From positions 1-37,108 of IMG/VR virus record IMGVR_UViG_3300020045_016408: DNA of 37,108 bases; one strand, 5' to 3'. The translations under genes were made by a program, and so were the position numbers. This stretch comes from a virus (taxonomy: Duplodnaviria > Caudoviricetes). How positions within the stretch are numbered: position 1 is the first letter of the stretch; each line of letters begins with the position of its first letter. The notes under the pieces are model-generated. The model made no database searches and was not told the origin of the DNA. It saw only the letters and a program-made list of their open reading frames with translations. This document shows, one piece after another, positions 9,623 through 18,986 of this stretch.

Positions 9623-10255
9623 ATGCATCCCATCCAAGGAGATTACTACCAAACACAGGGATACGGTTCTACTGAGTTTGCGCGTTCTCCTGCAGGGCAA
9701 CGTTACTATAAAGCCTGGGGAGGATTGCACCTTGGCTTGGACTTTGGGACACACCGTATTAACCTCCCAGCGATTTCGACCGTCATGGGTAAGGTGGTTT
9801 TTGCGGGAGCGAATGGAGGATATGGCAATCTCGTAGAGGTACAAGGATCAGATGGTTGGCGACGTATGTACGCTCATCTTTCATCGATCTCCGTCAAGCA
9901 AGGTGATCCTGTTATCCCAGGTCAAATTCTTGGAAGGGTTGGAACGACGGGCTCTTCAAGTGCTATCCATCTTCATTTTGGACACCGTAAAGCGAAACTT
10001 CTTGGGGGGTGGGAGTATCGTGATCCATCATTTGAGGTAGGAAAGGTCTTCGAACCAGCGAAACCCACCAAGCGTCTCATCAAGGCGCACGGGGATCCGA
10101 AGGTGTATGTGTGGAATGGGCAAAAGAAATTCCACATTCCTGATATGCCGACGTTCACACTCTTATTCACCACTCCAAACGAACCCATCGAGGAGCTGGA
10201 AGCCGATGTCGTCGCCAAACTCCCAGAAGGTCCACCACTCACTTCACTCGCTTAA
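9623..10255 (+). CDS. M23 family peptidase (endolysin) with C-terminal accessory domain
   Basis: M23 motifs HLGLDFG (HxxxD), GGYGNLV, YAHLS, GTTGSSSAIHLHF (HxH). Confidence 0.92.
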   Translation: MHPIQGDYYQTQGYGSTEFARSPAGQRYYKAWGGLHLGLDFGTHRINLPAISTVMGKVVFAGANGGYGNLVEVQGSDGWRRMYAHLSSISVKQGDPVIPGQILGRVGTTGSSSAIHLHFGHRKAKLLGGWEYRDPSFEVGKVFEPAKPTKRLIKAHGDPKVYVWNGQKKFHIPDMPTFTLLFTTPNEPIEELEADVVAKLPEGPPLTSLA

Positions 10256-10272
10256 CCATTCACGCACATTGT

Positions 10273-10524
10273 ATGCCGTCTAAAGGGGGACAATCATCAT
10301 CTATGGATCGAGAAAAGCTTTGGCGTTCGCTCCTACACACCATCGAGGTCACGGTCGCAGGTGGCCTGGTCGGATTCATCGTTTACCTGTTCCGCGACGA
10401 TCAAGATGTCATGCGAGCGGTCAAAGATGCAGTCCTTGTTACGATCCCTGTCTCTGTTGGGGCGTTCGGTGCCAAGCTCTATCGCGAGGTCTCGGGGAAA
10501 GATTACATCAACGCGAAAAAATAG
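10273..10524 (+). CDS. small membrane protein, holin candidate (83 aa)
   Basis: Two hydrophobic segments (VTVAGGLVGFIVYLF; AVLVTIPVSVGAFGA); follows the endolysin. Confidence 0.6.
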   Translation: MPSKGGQSSSMDREKLWRSLLHTIEVTVAGGLVGFIVYLFRDDQDVMRAVKDAVLVTIPVSVGAFGAKLYREVSGKDYINAKK

Positions 10525-10531
10525 TATGATG

Positions 10532-10558
10532 TAGGCAGAGGAAAGCCTAATTCTTTTC
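10532..10558 (+). terminator. weak terminator-like hairpin after the lysis cassette
   Basis: TAGGC-agaggaaa-GCCTA followed by ATTCTTTTC; the stem is only 5 bp. Confidence 0.35.
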
Positions 10559-10708
10559 TAGGGATACTATGTCTCACTTCGATCCAGAGGAAGTCGTGGA
10601 GCCTGTTGCTGAACCCGTTGTTGCGGTCGTTTAGTCAGCTCTGACCATACCTGACTTTTGTTGGGTGTGGGACTGAGATGAATAAATTGAAAAGGCTCCG
10701 TGATACCT

Positions 10709-12040
10709 ATGATTCTTCGAGCTATCAACACGGAGCTACTCGTTCGAGGGAAGCCTGTCTCGAGTCTTTCGGCTGGCTCAAACGCTGGAGCAACGACGCT
10801 AACTGTTGAGAGTATCTCTGCATTCGCAACGAGCGACTTTATCCTTATCGGAGAGTTGGGAAGCGAGCGCGCGGAGATCGTTCAAATCAATGCGTCGGTG
10901 TCTCCTTCTGGTACAACAATCACTCTCGTTGTAGGAGGGACGACGCACGCTCACACGCCTGGGGACCCCATCTATAAAGTGGATTATGATCAAGTAGAGT
11001 TCTCCCGCGCCACAACGGAGTCTGGAGGAAAGTCGGTCCTTGCGACTTCCGGCGTCACGGCAGAGCTCATGGATACAATCTACGACGATACGACCAACTC
11101 AACAGGGTATGGTTTTTGGCGATTTAAAAACTCATCAACGACGACGTACTCCGGATATTCCGACGCGATTCCGTATGCAGGGTACGAAATCGATTCCGTA
11201 AACGAGATCCTTGATCGAGCGCTTTCCGTGGCAGGGACGGTTGTCAACCCGCGTTTAAAACTAGAGCATCTCTACAAATTTCTCAACGACTTCATTACTC
11301 TCGCAAACTCATACAATAAACGTTGGTCCGAGGCGAAAGTTCTTGATGAGGAGTTGGATACCCTCACGACAGGTGATTGGGAGGTTTCACTTCCGACAAC
11401 GATTGCGCAGACGTTTGATCCTTCTGCGATCATTAGTATTCGTCTACAGAACTATCCTCCACTTCGATACATCGCCAAACGTGAGTACGACACCATGACG
11501 TATGACATGATCTACTCGAAGTTGAACGGAGCGATTACCTCTGCCTCTACTTCTGTCATCCTAGACAATTCTGCGGGATTCGAGGACTCGGGCAACATTC
11601 AGTGCGAGGACGACACAATCGCTTACACAGGGAATACACGGGCGTCTGAGACACTCACTGGAGTTACGGGGATTGCGGCTGCTGGTCATGCGGACGACGC
11701 GTATGTTTTCCAGCGCCACGTCTCTGGCATCCCGACGTACTACACGCTCGCGAGCAACGGGAAGATCCGACTTTGGCCGATCGCGTCTTCGGAAGTGAAC
11801 AATAAAGTTCTCTTTATCTCTTACTACAAACGTCTTCAAAAGATTGATTCCCTCGGTGATCGGATCCTGGTTCAGGATATTTCTCCTGCGATTGAGTACG
11901 TCGCGTACCGAATCAAGAAGCACGAAGCTGGTGGAACCTTGAACATGAACGACGAAGACTATATCGAATATACAAAACGTTTCCGCCAGACGATCGAGCG
12001 GGATACTCCGGGGCAACCGCGTTACGTAAGGATCGGGTAA
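10709..12040 (+). CDS. head-tail adaptor (gatekeeper)-like protein with extra beta domains
   Basis: Adaptor-type core (VNEILDRAL...; PLRYI; SGIPTYY...KIRLWPIA...ISYY; helical C-terminus) directly before a nozzle-like gene. Confidence 0.65.
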   Translation: MILRAINTELLVRGKPVSSLSAGSNAGATTLTVESISAFATSDFILIGELGSERAEIVQINASVSPSGTTITLVVGGTTHAHTPGDPIYKVDYDQVEFSRATTESGGKSVLATSGVTAELMDTIYDDTTNSTGYGFWRFKNSSTTTYSGYSDAIPYAGYEIDSVNEILDRALSVAGTVVNPRLKLEHLYKFLNDFITLANSYNKRWSEAKVLDEELDTLTTGDWEVSLPTTIAQTFDPSAIISIRLQNYPPLRYIAKREYDTMTYDMIYSKLNGAITSASTSVILDNSAGFEDSGNIQCEDDTIAYTGNTRASETLTGVTGIAAAGHADDAYVFQRHVSGIPTYYTLASNGKIRLWPIASSEVNNKVLFISYYKRLQKIDSLGDRILVQDISPAIEYVAYRIKKHEAGGTLNMNDEDYIEYTKRFRQTIERDTPGQPRYVRIG

Positions 12041-12041
12041 T

Positions 12042-13478
12042 ATGGGCCAAAGGATCGACCCAATCGTCTATCGTGGTTTTCATCGCGGAATGGCGGATCG
12101 AACTGTGCTTGCCGATTCGCTCATGCCGACGAATCAAATGCGTCTTGTCCAGAACATGGATACAGACGCTATTGGGTTTCTGACAGGCCGAAACGGGTAC
12201 ACGCGTGTTGGGAGTGCCGTGCTGTATGCCGATGAGGGGCAGGGACTTCTTCAACATGATGGGACCAACCCTGTCTTGGTCGCGTTTGTCTACGGTGAGT
12301 CCTACTATCTCTCTGGAAGCAGTTGGCTCAGTAAAGGGCTCTCCTACGACGGAGACGCGAAGATTCGCAGCGTCTCATTTCTTGATCGTGTCATGGTTTC
12401 AAACGGCCTTCAGTCTCCGAAGTCTTGGGACGGCTCAGTGGGTGGGGCCTGGGATGGCACGAACTTTAATGGGGCTCCTACAGGAGCGTTACTTGGATCC
12501 TACAAGCAACAGCTGTTTATCGGGAACACCACAACGGATCGCGTGACATTCTCCTCCTTGCCGGACTCCTCGGGTGTGAGTATCACTTGGCCGTCAGGGA
12601 ACTATTTCATTCTGAACCCAAACGACGGAACAAACCTGACAGCCATGAATCGTTTCGGGAAAGAGTTTCTCTTCTCGAAGGTCGGTCTTTCAGGCTCGTT
12701 TATGTATCGTTTTAACGGGCGATCTGCCGACGCCGATCCCGTAATTTATTTCGGCGCAGCCTCGCAGGAAGCCACCTTTGTTTCTGGCTCGATCTTCTGG
12801 TTCTATGATCCTGTGAAGTCGGCGATTGTCGCGTATCAAGGTGGGTTCCCCCAAGTGGTGTCAAAACCCGTGCGGTCTTTTTTGAAAGCGATCCCGACAA
12901 ATAACCGTGATCTCGTGTGTCTCTGGGGAGATGAAGATCACGTCGAAGCATTCATTGGCGATGTGACGGTCGATGGGATCGCGTTTGCAAACGTAAGTCT
13001 TCGATATGTTATCTCTACGCAAACTTGGGTGATCCGGACGTACGCGCACGAATTCCGTGTGTTCGCGGATTATGATGACGGAAGCAACTTCTTTCATCTT
13101 GGATTTACATCGGAAGGAAGTGTTGTGAAGATGGATACGGGAAACGATGACCTCGGATCGAATATTATCTATGACCTTCAGACGGCGTGGATTACGATCG
13201 GCGGGAATCCGGCATTAGAACAAACCCTTGCTTCGTTGTCAGCATTTATGGATAACGGACGGGCGATGAGTGTCTTTCTAAAGACGGACGTCGACCCGAG
13301 TTGGCGTCCAATCGGTCAGGTTCGACAGGTTGTCAGTTCTTGGGCGGGGATCAATGCTCCGTTTCATCGGATCAAGCTTCGGTTTACAGGAACAAGTAAT
13401 GGAGATCCAGCAATCTTTGACGGCTTCTCTCTCACCAATGCTCTTGTTGAGGGAATAAACGAAAAGGAGAATGAGTAG
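12042..13478 (+). CDS. podovirus tail nozzle/tubular protein (P22 gp10 / T7 gp12-like beta-propeller)
   Basis: N-terminal FHRGM...LMPTNQMRLVQNMD...LTGRNGY, propeller-like blades (YKQQLFIG, VTFSS) and C-terminal IKLRFTG. Confidence 0.75.
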   Translation: MGQRIDPIVYRGFHRGMADRTVLADSLMPTNQMRLVQNMDTDAIGFLTGRNGYTRVGSAVLYADEGQGLLQHDGTNPVLVAFVYGESYYLSGSSWLSKGLSYDGDAKIRSVSFLDRVMVSNGLQSPKSWDGSVGGAWDGTNFNGAPTGALLGSYKQQLFIGNTTTDRVTFSSLPDSSGVSITWPSGNYFILNPNDGTNLTAMNRFGKEFLFSKVGLSGSFMYRFNGRSADADPVIYFGAASQEATFVSGSIFWFYDPVKSAIVAYQGGFPQVVSKPVRSFLKAIPTNNRDLVCLWGDEDHVEAFIGDVTVDGIAFANVSLRYVISTQTWVIRTYAHEFRVFADYDDGSNFFHLGFTSEGSVVKMDTGNDDLGSNIIYDLQTAWITIGGNPALEQTLASLSAFMDNGRAMSVFLKTDVDPSWRPIGQVRQVVSSWAGINAPFHRIKLRFTGTSNGDPAIFDGFSLTNALVEGINEKENE

Positions 13479-13480
13479 GT

Positions 13481-15901
13481 ATGTCCGACTCAACCGAACA
13501 GGGATACACGAATTTGCTGAGCTATGGATCTGATGGATCGATCGCTCCTCTTTCGTTAGGCGAGGTTGAAGGAGTCTCTGGGATGGGAGTGTCAACTCCC
13601 ATCGGCTCTGAATCCTCAGACATGCTCTCGAATCCGACGACGGATGAGGTCTATGCTCCACAGGTTCAGGGAGGGAACCTCATCGATTCGGTTATCATGC
13701 AGAAAGACACCTTTATTAAAAGTGAGGGTGTTGACGGATATGATGACGGGATCGGGTATTACCTTGGTTGGGATAAGACATTGGAAGAATTTGTTTTCTC
13801 TCTCGGGGATAGTTCGGGAGATCATTTGACGTGGAATGGATCGTCTCTCTCTATTACAGGGACATTGGTTGTCGATTCTGGAACGATTGGTGGGTGGACG
13901 ATCAACGCAACTTCGATCACAGATTCGACTGGAGTTGTTGGGCTCTCTTCGGCGGTTACTGGAGGAGACGACATTCGGTTTTGGGCTGGTGACGCGACCC
14001 CCGCAAGCGCAGAGTACCGTGTGTATGAGTCAGGGGCGTTTGTCGCTACCTCCGCAACAATCACCGGTGTCATTACGGCTAACACTGGATACATTGGAGG
14101 GGTGACAGGGTGGGTTATCGCCACAGGGAAGATCACCTCTTCAGGAATTGGACTCGCTACGGCAGCAGGAGACGCGACCTACGCGTTCTGGGCTGGGGAT
14201 GACACACCTGCGAGTGCAGAGTTCAATGTGTCCCACGCAGGAGCTCTGGTCGCAACATCAGCAACGATTAGTGGGACTATTACTGCAACAGGTGGTGCAA
14301 TCGGCGGGTTCTCAATCGGCTCTGATTACATTCGTGATGCCGCCAACACCTTCGGTCTTGCTTCCACCGTGTCGGGAGGTGATGACGTGCGTGGATGGGC
14401 AGGCGCTGCGTTTGCGGATCGCGCGACAGCTCCGTTCCGCTGGACGGAGGCAGGAGCCGTTACCTGCTCTTCTATTACGATTACAGGGGGGAGTATCGCT
14501 ACCTCAACCCTTTCCGGGACCATCGATCTCGGCAACCTAAACGTAGCCAACCGTGGATGGGCTCAGACCTCCGCGTTCTCGGTCACTGACGCGGATACCG
14601 TGGCATGGGGAGCAGGAACGTTTACTGCCGCAGATGGGACAGCCTACTCAATCGACGCCGGAAACACCGGCAACATGGCCGCGAAGACGTATGTATATTT
14701 GGACACAGGTGTTTCCACGACGGCCTACCAAACAACAACAACCGCAACTACTGCCGTCGGGGCCGGGAAGGTTCTTATTGCTATTGCCCAAAATGGCACG
14801 GGTGAAGCGACGTACACCGTCCTCGGAGGACAAGGCGGACAGAACATCGACGCCGCGAACATCGTAGCCGGTTCGATCACCGCAAACGAGATCGCTGCCT
14901 CGACGATCACGGCGGGCAAGCTCTCTGTCTCAACCCTTTCTTCAATTACCGCCGACGTGGGGACACTGACCGCAGGCACGATCACCGGCCTTACTCTTCA
15001 GACTGCCTCGGGCGCAACGTCTGGGATTAAAATGGACACCACTTCCCTTCGCGGGTACGACGCGGGAGGCGTGGCAACCTTCACGCTTGATCCTGCTACA
15101 GGAATCGTGACAGCCGTGAAGGTCAAGACGAACCTTGATCTTGGAATCGCCATGTTTGACTCGTCGGATGTCGGGCAGACCGTCTCCGCCTCTTTAGCGA
15201 TGACCAGCCTCGGTCGTTATCTCTTTGCAACATCTCCTTCAGCAACCGAGTTCGATGTCTACGACACCTTCGAGCAATACCGTTGGGTCTATCCGCGTGC
15301 GGAGACGTACTCTCGATCTGGCCTCACGATTACCCCCACCGTGTTCTGCCGAGTGGTGATTTCAGGTGTGGACTATGTGATCGCGTTTGCGACAACAGGG
15401 ACCACCGCGTATCGCTACGACGCTGACGGACAAAATGAAACGGCCTGTACGTTTTCTGGCACAGCCATCACGGACGGCGCACAACGCATTGGATACAACC
15501 CTGACCAGGGGTACATCTATATTCAGGATGGGGCGACCCGTGCATCGACCGTTGTGAAACGGTACACGATTGCCACGACAGTTTTGACCTACGTTGACAC
15601 GATCACTTTGTCCGTTGCCCCCGCAGCAGCAGGAGCGAGGAATATCTGGATTGGGGATACAAACATGGCAATCGTTGATGCCTATACCAACTCTTCATCT
15701 GCGACGTTCAAGCGGTACGGGCGTTCGAGTGGAACCGCTACCACTGATCTTTCTTGGGGTGGTGGGTATTCGGGTATGACATTTATGGGAATCTGCGCCC
15801 GTCCGACGGACAATTCGCTTCTCTTCTTTACCGAAGCCGATGATTCCTCGGCTCATCCGACAACCATGATTGTCTCTCTTGGTAAATCTATGGACGCTTA
15901 A
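13481..15901 (+). CDS. tail fibre / receptor-binding protein (806 aa)
   Basis: Fibre motifs SGTIGGWTI, three WAG repeats, IVAGSITANEIAASTITAGKL and a distinct C-terminal globular domain. Confidence 0.8.
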   Translation: MSDSTEQGYTNLLSYGSDGSIAPLSLGEVEGVSGMGVSTPIGSESSDMLSNPTTDEVYAPQVQGGNLIDSVIMQKDTFIKSEGVDGYDDGIGYYLGWDKTLEEFVFSLGDSSGDHLTWNGSSLSITGTLVVDSGTIGGWTINATSITDSTGVVGLSSAVTGGDDIRFWAGDATPASAEYRVYESGAFVATSATITGVITANTGYIGGVTGWVIATGKITSSGIGLATAAGDATYAFWAGDDTPASAEFNVSHAGALVATSATISGTITATGGAIGGFSIGSDYIRDAANTFGLASTVSGGDDVRGWAGAAFADRATAPFRWTEAGAVTCSSITITGGSIATSTLSGTIDLGNLNVANRGWAQTSAFSVTDADTVAWGAGTFTAADGTAYSIDAGNTGNMAAKTYVYLDTGVSTTAYQTTTTATTAVGAGKVLIAIAQNGTGEATYTVLGGQGGQNIDAANIVAGSITANEIAASTITAGKLSVSTLSSITADVGTLTAGTITGLTLQTASGATSGIKMDTTSLRGYDAGGVATFTLDPATGIVTAVKVKTNLDLGIAMFDSSDVGQTVSASLAMTSLGRYLFATSPSATEFDVYDTFEQYRWVYPRAETYSRSGLTITPTVFCRVVISGVDYVIAFATTGTTAYRYDADGQNETACTFSGTAITDGAQRIGYNPDQGYIYIQDGATRASTVVKRYTIATTVLTYVDTITLSVAPAAAGARNIWIGDTNMAIVDAYTNSSSATFKRYGRSSGTATTDLSWGGGYSGMTFMGICARPTDNSLLFFTEADDSSAHPTTMIVSLGKSMDA

Positions 15902-15902
15902 T

Positions 15903-16103
15903 ATGATTCGATACTTTCGCAGGGCAAGCAAGGACTTCAAAGACATGGACTCCTGTCTCACAACAGAGTGCATGGACGACGCGGACTGGGTGGAGGTGGA
16001 GGCCATGATGGCGAAGCTCGGATATGTAGAAGATAAGACAGACGAACAGTGGGGAAGCTGGACGATCTCGATCCAAGAGAGGACGCTTAGAATCAAGGGG
16101 TGA
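15903..16103 (+). CDS. hypothetical protein (66 aa)
   Basis: MIRYFRRASKDF..., coupled to the fibre gene by TAA-T-ATG. Confidence 0.6.
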   Translation: MIRYFRRASKDFKDMDSCLTTECMDDADWVEVEAMMAKLGYVEDKTDEQWGSWTISIQERTLRIKG

Positions 16104-16109
16104 TATACT
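16101..16109 (+). promoter_or_regulatory. possible extended -10 promoter
   Basis: TGaTATACT ends 8 nt before the ATG at 16118; no consensus -35. Confidence 0.4.
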
Positions 16110-16117
16110 GACCTTAT

Positions 16118-17638
16118 ATGGCACTCACATCTTCCGAACAATATATTGAACGGCTTGAGTCGATTAAAGCAGACATCGACCGTTATGCCGCCCAACTAGC
16201 CCGCACAGATCTTTCTAGTGTCACCCGGGCTAAGTATGAAAAGAGCTTTGGAACCCGGCTTAAAGGCCTAGAGGATACGTTTCGAGGGGCAAAACGCTAC
16301 ATGTCCGACGAGCAGCTCGCCCCTTATATGGCGATCGTCGAAGATCAGGATACATATCTCGACGAAGCCAAAACCAGGCAAGAGGCTTTGGATGCGCAGA
16401 TTGCACTTGAGAACTCCCTCACGACCACCCAGGTTACCCCGGACGCAAAGCCAACGATTTCCGCGGGAACGATCGGCGTAAAGAGTTCGAAACCAAAGAC
16501 ATCGACGATTAAGGCGGCGAGCACAACTTCTTCGGCTTCTCCTTCTGTTGCAAAGGAAAAACCAGAACCAACTATCGTGCGAGAATTACCGGGTGGTGGG
16601 TACGGGATCTATGGTTCGAAGACTGGAACTCTCTACGACAACAAAACCTATCAAACACTTCCAGAGGCCTTGGCTCGTCAGAACGTGATCATGACAGGTG
16701 GGGCTCCGACGCTTGCTGGTCGACCCGATCTTCTTGCAACAGCTCCAGGTGCCAACCAGACGGTCGAATCTTTTATTGATCCGGAAACTGGTCAGACAAT
16801 TACTCCCCGTGTCGCGACTTCTCCTGAAATGCAGGCGCATGGTGAGGGGACACTTACTTCTTACGACGTCATGAGGGGCTTACGAGCCGCCCCAGCTGGA
16901 ACGATCGGCGCTCCAGGGACGTACGGTGCCGGCGCCTCGACCGCTTCTGGATACGGCAGTTCCTCTTCTTCTAGCAGCTCTGCGGCAGAGACAACAATCA
17001 CGAGCGGGCTCGAATTCGGCGTGCAACAAAAAGAAGCTGAGGCCAAGTCAGAGAACCCGGCTTTGATCGTTACTCCTGAGATGCGTGCGCAGTGGCTTCA
17101 GGAGGCCTATGACGAGCTCCGCGGGAATCGTTTCTATCAGGAGGTTATTCGAAATGCCGAATTCGATCTCGGGACATCGATCAACCGTTTGATCGCGGAC
17201 ACTCGTCTGCGCGAGATGGCAACCGTACAGGATTACAAAGAAAATCTTCGTGCGACACAAGGTGATCTGCAAGATCGTGGAATGCTGTACGGTGGAGTGC
17301 GTCAAGGCGAGGAACGCGAACTTGCCGATAACACCAACCTTCTCTTAACCGGACAAGAGATGAATTTTCTCCGAGGTCTCCAAGACACAACCAAAACAGG
17401 AGAACGTTACTTTGGTTCCGACTATGCCGCAACGCTGATTCCTAAATTCGGCACGACACAGACGGTCGGTCGTGTGATCGAGGGGACCCCGGTGTTCTCA
17501 GCAGGATCGGATACGTTAGCCTTTACTCCTTTAGGTGGAAACTACGGGTCTCTCCCCCGCGAAATCGAAGAGGAAGCGAGGACAAGGGCTGGCGAGAAGG
17601 AGACCGCCTTCCGTGATGTAACATCGATCTACCAGTAA
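16118..17638 (+). CDS. probable internal virion (ejection) protein (506 aa)
   Basis: Helical ends with a Ser/Thr/Pro-rich middle and a LQDRGMLYGG motif; first of three large genes after the tail, as in podoviruses. Confidence 0.6.
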   Translation: MALTSSEQYIERLESIKADIDRYAAQLARTDLSSVTRAKYEKSFGTRLKGLEDTFRGAKRYMSDEQLAPYMAIVEDQDTYLDEAKTRQEALDAQIALENSLTTTQVTPDAKPTISAGTIGVKSSKPKTSTIKAASTTSSASPSVAKEKPEPTIVRELPGGGYGIYGSKTGTLYDNKTYQTLPEALARQNVIMTGGAPTLAGRPDLLATAPGANQTVESFIDPETGQTITPRVATSPEMQAHGEGTLTSYDVMRGLRAAPAGTIGAPGTYGAGASTASGYGSSSSSSSSAAETTITSGLEFGVQQKEAEAKSENPALIVTPEMRAQWLQEAYDELRGNRFYQEVIRNAEFDLGTSINRLIADTRLREMATVQDYKENLRATQGDLQDRGMLYGGVRQGEERELADNTNLLLTGQEMNFLRGLQDTTKTGERYFGSDYAATLIPKFGTTQTVGRVIEGTPVFSAGSDTLAFTPLGGNYGSLPREIEEEARTRAGEKETAFRDVTSIYQ

Positions 17639-17642
17639 TCTT

Positions 17643-18980
17643 ATGGCTTGGACAAATCGTGACCTCAGTGGCAACGCAATCACCTCTCCGCCTGTCCGAG
17701 ATCTTCCAGGCGTTCCTACGTTCTTCGATAAGCTTATCGGATCGCAGTTTAAGGTCATGGGCCCGTTTCCAAATGTTCCACAGGCACCAGATGCTCCTTC
17801 GCTTGCGGGAGCTGGCGCACAAGGACTCTCCTCTTCGATTGCGAATATCATCAAGACGGGTTCTGCGGCAGGTACGCCTCCCCCTTCCCCCACCCCACGT
17901 GTGCTCACTGAAGCGGAGAAACGAGAATTGGACATCGCCTATGCGCGTACGCAGGCGGGGACTCCCCAATCAAATGATCAGGCCAATCTTGATTTCGCTC
18001 AGCAGCAGGGGCTCTGGTCTCCAGCCTCAAGCTCGTCGTCGAGCTCATCTTCTGCTTCGGGATCTTTAACAGCTCCTGTAGGCACAGGTGCCTCAGCAAC
18101 TGGATACGACGTATCTGGACTGCGATCCAGGGCTCAGCGTCTCCGTGAAGAGGCGTTTGCCGGCGTGTACGGTTATCGTCCTGAAGAATGGCAGAACCTC
18201 GACCCACAAGCACAGCGGCGTCTCATGAACCAGCGGATCCAGGGGATCGTCGGCGAGCTTGGCAATGTAAACTCCGCGATCGAGATGATGAAGGAAGAGC
18301 GGGCGGCAGCTGACTCGACGGCTCGAGAGAACCTGAACCTCATCCTTCAGTACGGTCTCGTTGGCAGCCTTTCTGAGACCGAGCTCCAAGAGTATGCGGC
18401 AGCGACTGGTCTCTCTACAGATGTTATTACTGCACTCGGTAACCAGTCTTCTCCGCCTGAACTCCGAAGTGTCGGAGGAGATCTCTACGCCATCGCATGG
18501 AACCCGGAAACGAAACAGTACGAAACCCAGCTCGTTTTGAGCGGAGGTGGAAGTGGAGGCGGCTCTGGTGGAGGTGGGGTCGGGTCAGCTGACATCGGAC
18601 TACCCTCTTCAGAAAAAAAGTCGATCAAGATCTACGACCGAGGTTCCGGTTCCTATCTCAGAGATATGGAAGTCCCTGCTTCTTATAGCGGAGATCGAGC
18701 CTTGTACAGCAACGATGACGATCTCTACTTTGACATGGGTGGCGCAGTGGTAGATTTCAATTCTGTCACCTCGTCGACAGGAAACCTCTCGAATGCGGAC
18801 CAACTCTTCATCCAGTACGTTGAGTCTATGAGGCTCGACAACGTCACGCAAACAGAACGCGAACGCTACTTTAAACTAAAGGGAGGAGATGAACTCACGA
18901 GCGCAAAGTCCTCCTCGAGTGGTGATCCGATTACGGATCTTGCCGACCAAACCATGCTTGAACTAGGGATCACTCCATAA
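17643..18980 (+). CDS. probable internal virion (ejection) protein (445 aa)
   Basis: Low-complexity poly-Ser and poly-Gly linkers between helical segments; positional call. Confidence 0.55.
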   Translation: MAWTNRDLSGNAITSPPVRDLPGVPTFFDKLIGSQFKVMGPFPNVPQAPDAPSLAGAGAQGLSSSIANIIKTGSAAGTPPPSPTPRVLTEAEKRELDIAYARTQAGTPQSNDQANLDFAQQQGLWSPASSSSSSSSSASGSLTAPVGTGASATGYDVSGLRSRAQRLREEAFAGVYGYRPEEWQNLDPQAQRRLMNQRIQGIVGELGNVNSAIEMMKEERAAADSTARENLNLILQYGLVGSLSETELQEYAAATGLSTDVITALGNQSSPPELRSVGGDLYAIAWNPETKQYETQLVLSGGGSGGGSGGGGVGSADIGLPSSEKKSIKIYDRGSGSYLRDMEVPASYSGDRALYSNDDDLYFDMGGAVVDFNSVTSSTGNLSNADQLFIQYVESMRLDNVTQTERERYFKLKGGDELTSAKSSSSGDPITDLADQTMLELGITP

Positions 18981-18986
18981 CTCTCT

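Noticed and set aside
3433-15901. Diversity-generating retroelement acting on fibre genes
   Set aside because: No reverse transcriptase and no template/variable repeat pair seen; the repeats are protein-level duplications.
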